Below the pieces are notes generated by a model. That model saw only the letters and a program-made list of their open reading frames with translations. It was not told the origin of the DNA and ran no database searches. From assembly GCF_000150275.1 (NCBI RefSeq), contig NW_002060949.1:4512844-4576843 (forward strand): a stretch of DNA of 64,000 bases. The letters run 5' to 3'. A program made the translations under genes and the position numbers. Positions 14,732-26,540 of the stretch are shown piece after piece. Within the stretch, counting starts at the first letter, position 1, and the number at the start of each line of letters is the position of its first letter. Source of the DNA: Trichoplax adhaerens. Its lineage: Eukaryota; Animalia; Placozoa.

Positions 14732-17121
14732 TTACACATGTCACGCACGCATATACTTATAGAAACGTATATAAATTTGTTATATATATATATATGCATC
14801 ACACAGATACACATACATGAACAAATTCAAACATAAACGTTCAGTTAGTTGATGTATGGTGGTTTTATTTAATTTTTGCACACTTGATTAAAAAGATGAG
14901 CACCATTGTTTAATTGATTTTACGGATTATAGGCGTACGTGTATTGAAATAGAATTAGATTTAAGAAATGAATGGAAAGTAAACCTGATACAGCATGATG
15001 CAGTCTTAAGCATTGCAATATAGAATAATATTCGCCTAAATACTATTATACGCGTACGTACAATCAATAAAATAAAATATTTGTTTTAAGAAGATGATAT
15101 GAGCATCAAGGTCTATTATAATATCTCGTCACAAAGCATAGTTACAGTACTGTAGATAACGTATTACTTAAATTGTACGTTTTAAAGCCTAAATCACTTA
15201 AATTTCTTATTAAATATTGGTAAATTTGAATTATAAGAGTACAAGAATCTTAAAGTTTGTATGAATTTTACTTTTAAATTGGGTTATACTTAGCAAAATG
15301 AAATGATTCTTCTATAGCTAAATCTGTTACTACAAAATTAAAATTTTAATCGCCAATACACGTGTCGTTATGACGATATATATATTAGGTAGAAAAATTT
15401 GACAATTGAAAGGTGAGGTGAATGATCTAATTGCATAAAAGGTACATTCAGACGGTGAATTTTTTTCAGGACTACCACAACGACTCCAGTCAAATCCAGT
15501 ATTTTTGTCTTCGTCAAGGACATGCGCTAAACGTGAAACAGTGTAGTAGACCTTTAATGCATGTGTATGTATGTGGTAAGTTTAGCGTAGTACTTGAAAC
15601 AATGTTTAGCTTTTCTTACGAAGCCTAAATAGTAAAACTTTAGGAATTGTATTTCAACTTACTTATCGATAAAAATGTTCAGTCTACGATTTACGAAGAC
15701 TTAAAAATCAATCTTTTATCCAATTAATCTAAGACTCTTTGTCCTGACCTCACATGGTTAACTAATAATAATATACAAGTAGAATCCACCAGAAATATTG
15801 TAATATTATAATTTATTTCACATAAAGTCGATATAGTACTATTAATTAAATATAAGTAATAATTGCTCAATCACATTATAATTCTAGTAGGTCTATTATA
15901 ACATGTGCTAAAGTGTAGGTTCTTTCAGAGAAATTATAAACTGGTTAAAAGTTATTCTAAGTTGATAGATTCCAGGTTTGTCACTTGACTAGTCATCGCA
16001 CCTGTAAATTTGTGTTACATGTACCTAAACACGTACTTGGAAATGCTAACGAAATTTCGTAATTTTAACATAAATAAGATATAGCAATTTATGTAGTTAG
16101 TTTTTATTCAAATTTTAAAAGGCAAAGAGCCTTGTTCTATATCTAATACAATTTTAGTTACTTAATGATATCAGATCATTCGAGAACGTAACAAGTGATG
16201 AAATTACTTAGTACGGTCAGTGCAATCAAAATTTCACGATAACTATTCGATAAATCTGATTCGAGCTACCAGGACTACAAATAAAATAATCCATAACGGT
16301 GGAATGCTTCCATTTATCTCATTACATCATATTCTGCTGTAGATACGGTATACAGTACGATCAAACAATATTTTAAAAGTTAGCATAGAACGTCAAGCAA
16401 TGAAATCAATGCTACAACGAATGAAAGTCTTACTTGTATCTAAATGTATAATAATGTTCATAAGTATTAGTATAATTTAGTAAAAGCGGCCGAAAAGTCA
16501 TAAAATGAAGGCTTTTAGCAATTTATGCAGGAAACAAACCCAGCATTATAATAATTCGTGACTGTAAATTACGATCATTCTACAATTTAGGAAAGATGTT
16601 ATATTAAATTATTATAACATTTGTTCTACATACATATATATATAAGGTCTACGGTAGATTTTATGCTATAAATAATTTTTCTTTTAAGGTATAGCTATCA
16701 GCCGAAACGTTACATTTATCATTAAACATTTCAGCTACAGATATACTACAAAACCAATCGCTAAAAACCGCATATTAAAGTTGTACAGTATCGTCAAAAG
16801 TAATACATAGTGTGACATTTAGAATACTTGACTACCAGATTTAATGAGTAATACGTTATAAAATAAGAAAATGCCAAACTTGCTAGTAATTAAGATGAAT
16901 ATAATTCAAAATGCATCTCGTAGGTCATAATATGAAATTTACGTAATGATCGTACAGAATTTGAATTTATCTCAAAATTTTTGAAAAAACTTTCTCCAGT
17001 AGTGTCATTTAGGAAAAACTAATAGAAAATATTAATTCAGTCATTGGACGTACAGTATTTTATAATAATCCATAAGCAAGTTCGCTACAGTATTAAAATC
17101 TCATAGTAGCACGGTATAAAT

Positions 17122-20100
17122 TCAAATATCTACAATTACGTAACATTCATGCTTATTAATCGAATCAAAAATTTGCATGTTTGAGTAAGTAATGGCTTTA
17201 ACTTCTGTTCCCTTAAATTAATAGGAATGCAGATATGAACTAAATTTAGTAATATCGACAACAACTATATGGAAGAATCTCAAATGTAAAGTAATACCTG
17301 AGGGTGCCTCGATAAGTCGAATATTTCTCCAACTCTAGAATGAATAAGAACAAATGTATTCGTTTATAATTTTATCCAATCGGTACATGTTACGTAAAAT
17401 TTAGTAAATAGTAAGGTAATAATCTTTATTTGCATTTTATTCCAACAATTTAATATCAAAATATATGGTAATTTAGAATAGAGGACAATAATAGTAGTAG
17501 CAGCAATGGCTAGCATAGTAATCCAAGCCTATCAACTACGATTGTGAATTTTGCTAACATTCATATCTATTGCGTCACGCAAATGACGTAATATACTACC
17601 GTAGATATATGTAAAAATACGAGAAGGCTGATATAAAATCACATAGACTCAAATAAAAATGCGCAATATGTGCGCGTTACTACATATGACACCAAATAAC
17701 AATCATATTCTAAAATTTACCCTTCAGCCGTAATTCTAAAATTTTCTTTATCAAATTTCAATATCTTGACATTCTATAAATACAGCATTTTAATAGATAG
17801 ATCGTTACTAAAGCCAATTCAAGAAAATCAAGTGAATTTACATTATCCATAAATTTCTAAAATTTACAGGAAATTCCGACGGCATTAACATATTAAGTAG
17901 CATTATGAAGTCATTATATATTGTCGTATTGTCTCATTAATCATTTAAAGATTATTAATAGAATTGCATCATTAATAAATTAAAAATTTTTTATCTTGAA
18001 GACTATTGATATTCTTTCAATGAATATGAACTAGACAAAAAAGACATACTATAATGATCAGATGGAGTAGTTATATAGTGCATATCATTAGTGAAGTAAG
18101 ATGCTAAACTATCAGTGCATATTCTGTGAAAGATATTAAACTTTAAGCTCTTCATTAGAGTATTATCAGTTTATAGAATCGAAAATGCATGCTATTGGAT
18201 ACGAAACATAATAGTACACATAAAATTCGCACACTACAACTTTTAAAGAATTATATCGTATAGATGCTGTATTTGCTAATTTAGGAATAAAATTTTAGTT
18301 ATTTGCATTGGAAAATAATAATGATCTACTTATACCTTTGCAATAAAGAATGGTTCAGCGCTGAATAGAAAGAGAAATTCGTCCAGGAAATGATAAAGAA
18401 GCGATTCTAAGTCGTGGCCTTTGGAATAAAATGGTATTACCAGCAAGATACTGAGAATTGGGTAGATACTGTTCCAGTAGATTTAATTTCAAAAAAACTT
18501 TATAATTTTACTGCAGAACTACAATAAACTGACATCAAAGATACCGGAGAGACAATACCTAATGAACATCGACTTACGATATTATGTAATATAATTAGTA
18601 GACTAAACCATTGGATAGTAATTCACTTACCTTCAGCTTCAATTTGTTGAGTCTTGATTGGTTCAACGCATCGAAGGTCAGTGATGTAAGCTAACATCCC
18701 TAAAGCTGCCTATAAAGACAAGTAAGCTAGCAATTAGCTATAAACATATGAGCAAAATATTATTGCACTGCAGTTCCTTTTTAATCTAGCATTTAAAGTA
18801 GCGTGCACAAATCATGTTCTATTACAAAAAAAAAAATCTAATTTATTTGTAAGAAATACAGTAAATACTGGTTTGTTGCACCTACTTGTTCAAATGCTTC
18901 GGTTATATCGTCACCCCCTTAATGTAGTGTAGGATAGAGTCAAGGAATAATAGATTTCGCTTAAAGAAAATACATTATCGATATCTAGTCATACTGTGCA
19001 TTGCTTATTACATAACATCACAGGTGGAATTTATGCTTACAAAGCGTAGCACGTACACATTGTTGATATTAGTAGCGTAGAATTTCTACGACCTAAACTG
19101 TCCATGATCTATAACTTTCAATATTGATATGCGATACCATTAAATCTGTTGTTAGTATAGAGATATGAATTATCAATTCAACAAGATTGAACTGCTATGT
19201 TTATAATAATGAATACTCTGTTGCCTATGTACCAAAAACTGTTATAATTTATAATACTGAAACGCTACGGTATGCTAAGGTACATTAGTGATTATAATCA
19301 AAAACTATCTCCAGTAAATTGTTGGATTAGACATGAAAAAATACGAGCACAAAGCAGAATCCGTATATAGATTGCAGTTATAGACAGAGTAATCAGTAAT
19401 CAATGATATTGCATATGATAAATATAGCAATTGTTAGCTAGTAAAATGAATTAAAACTTTTACACCAACAGACATCTTTTGAGACTAAAATTTCCACACC
19501 TAATACCATCATTTTAAATTGTACTACTCGAAATATCTTACAAAATCCAACAAAATTAGATTATGTGCGTTCTTTTAAATGTGAAAAATTGGAAACGCAA
19601 CTCGTATTGCATCATGTTAATGTAGTAATTCTAGAAATGAATAAATCGATTTTTGCTAATCCATACATTAGTTCACCAGTACATTTCTATTCTACTTGGA
19701 ATCGAATGAGAATAAAAACAACTAAACATCTTTAACACCAAGAATAAATGAAGATTATAAATGTAGCCACTGCATCGTAAGACAATGATAACTTTAGATC
19801 AAAAGACTATTCAGATGTTACAATAATATCAACTGGATCATTAGCATCCGATAAAGAAAGAACTCTTTTATCATTAATAGCGATTATGCCATCTATCTAT
19901 TATTTAATTTTCGCTGCCATATAGTAGATTGCTGTTAGCATAAATCAATTATCTTCAATAGCGTAAGTGATAAAAGTAATTTCCTCATCAAGTAGAAAGT
20001 ATTACTTTGTAGTTGCGATATCACTAGTATAGTGATTAATGTAAGATACTAATTTCAGTAATGCAACACTGATATCAGAAAGATAGTATGACAACATTGA

Positions 20101-23100
20101 TAATGAAAAACATCGATTAAAATTGAATTATCACTTGAATCATAGTTAAACAGTTGCACAACATCTTTTAACAAACATATTTCGGTTGATAACAAATGGT
20201 AAGGATACAGGAATGGATCCTATTAACATGAATAAAAAAGCGTAAAAAGTGTTCAATAAAAATATCGTTAGTGAATTGGTTATACATATTTGTGTACACG
20301 TTAAAATGTTAATTTTACAGCAATGCATTACTATGATATCAATCATTATAATATTTGTCAGTAGCTGGTTGTGGTCTTTTATAATTATTGATGATTTACT
20401 GTACAATGACCGGTTTCATTTTAAGCTCAAAAGCGGTATGAGTAAGAGTTTCTTGATAAATTTTCATCTTTTACCGTAATAATCATGACTACATTTATAA
20501 ACTATTTCAATTGCAATACAAAGCCAACCTATCCTATCTATTATATCATGAATAGAATAGAGTAAATAGAAGCTATTGTTTTGACTGCTACATAGATAGT
20601 AACGTAAATAAATATAATGGCAGCATGGTGGTGTGAATACGTTAGAGGGCGGCCATCTTCAACTCATTACTCTTGCTGAAAGAAATAATGGATGATAAAT
20701 GATACCATGATATTACCATCAGCGCTAAATGAGCATAATGTAGTATTATAAATTCAAAAGGAAGCTACTTAACATAATTGATCTTAGGTTTTTAAGGATA
20801 GCATGCCTGCCTTTAGCAATGTGCTCTATCATGCCGATCGATGTCGGCTTTGTCCATTGATCAAACAACATCTATTTTTAATATGCAATATGTTACAGTG
20901 TTTCGGGCAGGATAACAAAGAGCAAGGATACATATTTCTGTCAGTATGGTAACGTTTAATATTTTTAATTCCTTCGCGTACAGTAGTTTGTTATCGCCAA
21001 ATAAAACCAGAAATAATGTCGATGATAAGATGTAGTACTATATATAGTATGTGCATATCTAAAAGATTACAATAACACTGTAAGAAAACAGCATTAAACT
21101 CATGGATTAGTAGAGTTGTAAAATTCATCAACTTTATCACATTAGTCCTGATATCGTAGTTATAATTAATGTACCACCGTACAAATCCATATTGTAACCC
21201 GTACAAATTCATATTGTAACATTCTATCAATATGGTTCTTAATTTTAAATGCAAAAAATATTTAAATTCATGCAATATGCAATACGCGTCAGTTGACAGG
21301 ATACTCGAGCAGCTAGCTACCTTCTCTTCGCAACTTTGGATACAGTATACGCGTAAATTGAAAAAACATTGCAACTCTACGGTCGTACTGAACTTTTAGA
21401 ACGTTGAACAGGATATAAAATTCTCATACTGTACAGCTCGAACGGCCAGGTGCTATCATGTTATAATTAACACAATTTGTACTGTATACAGTATACGACT
21501 CTTGGTAGCATTTACTCGGTGTTAATCAAGATATTATACAGTACATTACAGTACAATATAAAGAATAGTACCCCTATAACATACGAGTATATCCTGTATA
21601 ATTATTTTTGGATATTACGAAGGTATGTGATTCTTTGCAAATTTGTAAACGGCGTAAGAGATTACTTTTTTCACTCAATAAAATGTACTACCATCTACTA
21701 ATTTCTGCGAGAATAATAAAGAGTAACTTTACGTCTTGTTGTAAGGGTGATAAATCATTAAAATGGAACCCCAAATATTAGTACCAATGTTTAACTGTAA
21801 GGTGAGGTGATCTTTAAAGCGATTATACGTATACTCTATATACTGTACAGTAGGTGTATTTCCATTTAGGTTTTCCATTATTGCTTTACTGGTGTATTGC
21901 ATCTGATACTATCATTTGTTAATTAAATAGCTGGCGTTTTACTATAGTATCAATAATATATTTATCGTGTTTAAAGCAATGAAAAATGTTTCAAAAGAAA
22001 AAAGAAGGATAGCAATTAGGTTCAAAGAAATACGAGAATTCTCACCATATCATGAATTCAACTGGCACTATGATTATTTATCCTGACAGGCTATAAATTT
22101 GATCCATTTTACAAACAGATTATTAACTTATAGCAACAATAACTTACTGAATATCTGCAGGATGCTCCAAGTCTGCATTGGGGTAATAACAGCGATAAAA
22201 ATGATATGACAGGAAAAAAAATTCAAAAAGTCATTTTTAGTACGCTTCAAACATTAGAATAGCAATGTTACTACTACAGTATCGTATTTCTCCACAATTC
22301 CGTGCTAACAGTAAATGCACGGATCATAACGCGCTACTAGAACAATTTCATTTCTCCTTTTCATAAAGTTACCATGATAAACCATGAACGTTTTAGATAG
22401 CACTAATTAATGAATTTAATTCGTATGATTAAATTAATCATAATTCTACTTCAAGACAGTATGTAGTGAATACTGTACACTGAGTGTACAGTAATGATAA
22501 CGACAAGTAATCTTTGGACTACTAAATACTTTTTATAAACGAGTTCTTAATTTAAGTTAGGATAGAAATCGTCCATACTATCTACGTAGTAGTTTCATTG
22601 CCAATTTCTCAAATGATACTCAATATGGTAGAATTCATCTAACGCTATAAAGATTTAACTGCTATCTGTCCATCTTGTACAGTACTGACATCATTAGCAT
22701 GGTATGCTAACAATGATTTCTAGTACAGTACAATTATGATAGAATGATGCAAAATCCTTAACGACCATTTGCGGAAGGTTTTCGACGATCATTTTCACCT
22801 GTATGCAGTACAGTAGAGACCCTGAAATCTTTTATGCTACTGTACAGTTTTGTATCATTAATAAGTCGGTCATTTCAGTCATTTGCTTGCAGTCCGCCAA
22901 TTTAACCAGGCACGAATTTACGGGATAATACCCATAGTGAACTATCCTTACTTTGTGTTCATCCTTTTCGTTACCGGTCGATTTACAGTAAATGCATGAA
23001 GGCTAGAGCTACTGTATTAGGACAGCTACTAAACACGATTACAATGTATTTTTGCAGTACTGAGCACCTCTTCTAAAACAACTAAGTACAGTATGCTGCA

Positions 23101-23379
23101 TTCACTGTCTATGACAGTAGAAAATTTCACTGATCACTTATCACCTATCCAGTGAAATTTTTTCCACTGTTAATTCAGAAATTCACTGCAACGACTAGAG
23201 AAGGTTTCAAATGTTTTGACTACTATTACAGTCGTAATAAAACTAGACAGAAAGAAAGGATTCTAAGTCAAACGATACCTGATCTACTGTAAGTGAACAG
23301 AGCACAAAATTACAACTGGAAATTGTTCAAACTTACATTCATATTTGACGGCAGTTTTAGCAGATGCTACCTCGTCCAT
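17122..23379 (-). CDS. ZBTB8OS: Archease (RtcB tRNA-ligase activator), 9 short exons
   Basis: Exons 23337-23379, 22148-22172, 20209-20219, 18886-18917, 18631-18709, 18336-18418, 17721-17773, 17298-17334, 17122-17211 splice in frame to MDEVASAKTAVKYEYLEHPADIQIHSWGDDITEAFEQAALGMLAYITDLRCVEP...GHDLESLLYHFLDEFLFLFSAEPFFIAK...GEIFDLSRHPQGTEVKAITYSNMQI...YVIVDI*, which carries the archease motifs (HxAD, GTEVKAITY, terminal DI). Confidence 0.96.
18918..20208 (-). other. U12-type (minor spliceosome) GT-AG intron of archease
   Basis: 5' splice site GTATCCTTAC (+ strand gtaaggatac 20199-20208); branch site TTCCTTGAC (+ strand 18939-18947) about 21 nt upstream of the exon; no strong polypyrimidine tract. 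Confidence 0.85.
21425..21560. repeat. TACAGTA/TACTGTA cluster in archease intron 2
   Basis: tactgtacag, gtactgtatacagtata, tacagtacattacagtac. Confidence 0.6.
23114..23170. repeat. Short inverted repeat with CAGT...ACTG ends
   Basis: ACAGTAGAAAATTTCACTG - 17 nt spacer - CAGTGAAATTTTTTCCACTGT. Confidence 0.6.
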
Positions 23380-23459
23380 GTCTTGAAGTCCGAGCTCACT
23401 TGTCTTCCTTCTTAGCCTGAGACGCTTCTTGCTTGACTGGAAGTACTGATCGGTTCTCA

Positions 23460-23935
23460 CCAGTACAGTACGTAGTAGGGTGACAGCTCAGTGCAGTCAA
23501 GTCGCGCGGATCACTATACAGATTGACGAAAGCAATCTTGATCGATCGCTACTGTACTGTACACTGTAACTACTGGTGTACAGTCTGTACGCTTTTTTTC
23601 TTGAATTTTTCTACTAACGAATGGATACTGTAGAAGAAACTTAACTGGTGTACAGTACAGTATAGTCTGTACTCTTTTTTTCTTGAATTTTTCTACTAAC
23701 AAATGGATAGAAGAAACTTAACTGGTGTACACTGTACAGTATAGTAATTACTAATGTCAGTCTCTACAGTGTACAGTATGTACAGTACAGTACTACTGTA
23801 CACTACTGTACTGTAGACTGTAGCACCTACGGTACTGTATTACATCATCGTATTCTGCCGCATGTGCGTACAGACGGTATACTGTAGTACTCGAAAGAGA
23901 ACATCTTTTATCTGGTTGGTATTTATACAGTACAA
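23460..23935. repeat. Footprint-like TA-CWG-TA array immediately upstream of archease ATG
   Basis: tactgtactgtacactgta (23550), tacagtgtacagtatgtacagtacagtactactgtacactactgtactgta (23765-23815), tacggtactgta (23828). Confidence 0.8.
23572..23745. repeat. Tandem duplication, ~72-77 bp unit, 2.3 copies
   Basis: Copies start at 23572, 23644 and 23721 (actggtgtac...ttttttcttgaatttttctactaac.aatggata...gaagaaactta). Confidence 0.92.
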
Positions 23936-26540
23936 GAAAATGTTTCAAACGCTATCAAATCAAATACTTATCACGTAGATCTTGTAGTGAATTCTCATAG
24001 AAAATGGATGGCATGGACAAAAAGTATTTCTTAGTTTCAGAGAGATAGTACTATTCAAACCAAACATTTCTTCTTGTTGCGTACCTAATTGCTATTTACT
24101 GTAAATCTCATTATAGTAGACAGTACCGTAATTGGTATTCACAACGGCCGACGCCAGAGTTGGCTAGTTTTCACTGAAAATAGAAAATATAGCAAACGTA
24201 TCGAACGGTAGTCCAATACACAACTTTCAGTTAAATCTCTGAGAAAATGGATCACATTCACTGTAAATATCATTAGTTTGACAACTACTGTACCAGTTCA
24301 TGAATGGAAGCGATTGATCTCCTATCTAAGTACTGTTTCGGGTATTAATTAATATTATTAATATCGAGATCGACTAAAAGGATGTGATAAATTGTAACTT
24401 AATTACTCTCACATGATCTACTTACTGTATCTATGAATTCTAGCCAAAGGATCCACCCAGATCGAAGCATCTTTATTCTATACAAAATTTATGGGTATAC
24501 ACTACAGTATAGTCCCTTGCCCAAGTTTGGTTCGCATACCGTATCATATTTTACAAACATAACGGCATTTACTTCCAACATTCTCCCCTTAAAATGTGAC
24601 ATGCGCTTGATTATTTTAATCTAATTTAATTCATACTACTATACGAGTATATTATTAAGGACTACTTCCTGACAAGTTTTACTAGTCTTACGTAAAGTAC
24701 TTAATTTGAGTTTGCTTTTACAGATTACTACCCTAATCTATCGTAAGATCTTGTAAGAATATTATACGGCTGCTATTTTATTGCATAGGGCACACAAACC
24801 GTAAAAATACGCGTAAGTTCGTGCCACTTTCTGATTTGAGCAAAGGAATAAGTAAATTATTAAATTCCTAGTTTAAAGATAGAAGATTGTACTATTATAG
24901 TAACAACTCTAAATATGCAATAGCTATCTACTGTGCGATCATACGATATATCGTCCTGTCGCTTCGCTGACAGAGATATCACGTTTCATGTCAGCCTAAT
25001 AATGTAGAATTCAGCGGTACAATGCCAAGTTCAGCGAAACGGTAATTAATAATGATGAAAATCCGCACGGTCATTATTATCACTACGGAACTTTATATTA
25101 TTGCTGCTGAAATACAATATGCGAGAAGTATAAAATTATTTAATGTACTGTATATAATCGTATAATACTACAAATAGAATTTACATTTATGGCTGCATGC
25201 AGCAGGAATTAATTTCATTTTATTTTATTTATCAATCATTTGAAGACCGATAGAATCTTCATCCACAGATTGGACCCTATTTGCTAGTGTGCATTGCACG
25301 CCGAGCCATAATGTTCGTATAGCGTGTTTCCTCTACTCCCACTCGTCGAAGATAAATTTACTTCTTTTTTAGAATCTTTTAGTTAACTTTCACTTAGATT
25401 GACCTTATTTCTAGTTTCGTGAGCTATCTATTGGTTGGGAAACGTGCATTTGTCCCGTCTTGGCATTTATACCGTGACATATAGAACAGAATAACACAGA
25501 AACATACTGCACCTGAATAGTATGTGCGAGAAAACTAACTTGTCTTGTGAACTACCCACTTTTCTACTCTGTAAATTCTAAAATCTTATTGTAGCCATAG
25601 TTGAAGATTTTAAAATTGTTAGCAGCAAGGTTATATGCGATTTAGTAATTCTTGTGCCCAAACATTGAGTAGTCCATGCTAAATGGATAGAGAATGAACG
25701 CTATTTATATAGTATTTTTATAACATGGTCTAGTGTATGGGTTAGTGAACTTTCGTCATGCGATACAACTGTTCAATAACGTACATATATGTTTATTTTT
25801 TGCTAGTAATTTACAGTTAATGATCTATGGTTTAATCTATGGTATAATGGCATAGGCTGCAACAAGATGATCGAAAAATAAGTTAGTGCTGATCGTGAAT
25901 AGAAAGCTAATAAATGTTTTAGTCAAAGTTCGAATAGTCTCGTATTAAAAATACTGGTATGTATGAGTACATCCATTCTATCAAATTTACGCTCTTAAAA
26001 TTGCTATCGGAATACAGTAATAAGACAAATTTCTCCTCCCCAAAAATAGCAATTATTTAGCGAATAAGGCTAACTGTAAATATTAGAGTGCTCTAATTCA
26101 GGAAGAAAATATTGTAAATTGATTATTTTACTTGTGCAGTCATAATAACGCGGTATACGCAAATAATTAACAAAATAGATAATAAAAAATTGACAAATGT
26201 GTATATATATATACAATGTATATGAATGAAACGCATAGAAAATTTCAAATATTTCTATACAAAGACAATTTCATTCTTGTAAACGCCATCCATAAATTAT
26301 GCGTGCTGCTATAATTGTTACAATTCGTGAGTGTGGTCGCGTAAGTATTATACTGTAAAGTTACATTCTGCAGCCTCAACAGTTAAAAGTAAAACAGAGG
26401 CAAAAGTCAGAAATGCTGTATCATTCTTTCTATTATCCTTCTAATTTATTTTGTTAAAAAACTTTTGGCCAATCTTTTATAGAATAACAGCAATAAAATC
26501 GCGGTATTATTACTTCAGTAATTAAAATTGACTGATGATA

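Noticed and set aside
20146-21701. ORFs of 74-127 aa inside archease introns
   Set aside because: Low-complexity AT-rich translations with no motifs.
23572-23745. Repeat-spacer appearance (CRISPR-like)
   Set aside because: Eukaryotic context, contiguous tandem units without unique spacers, no cas genes.
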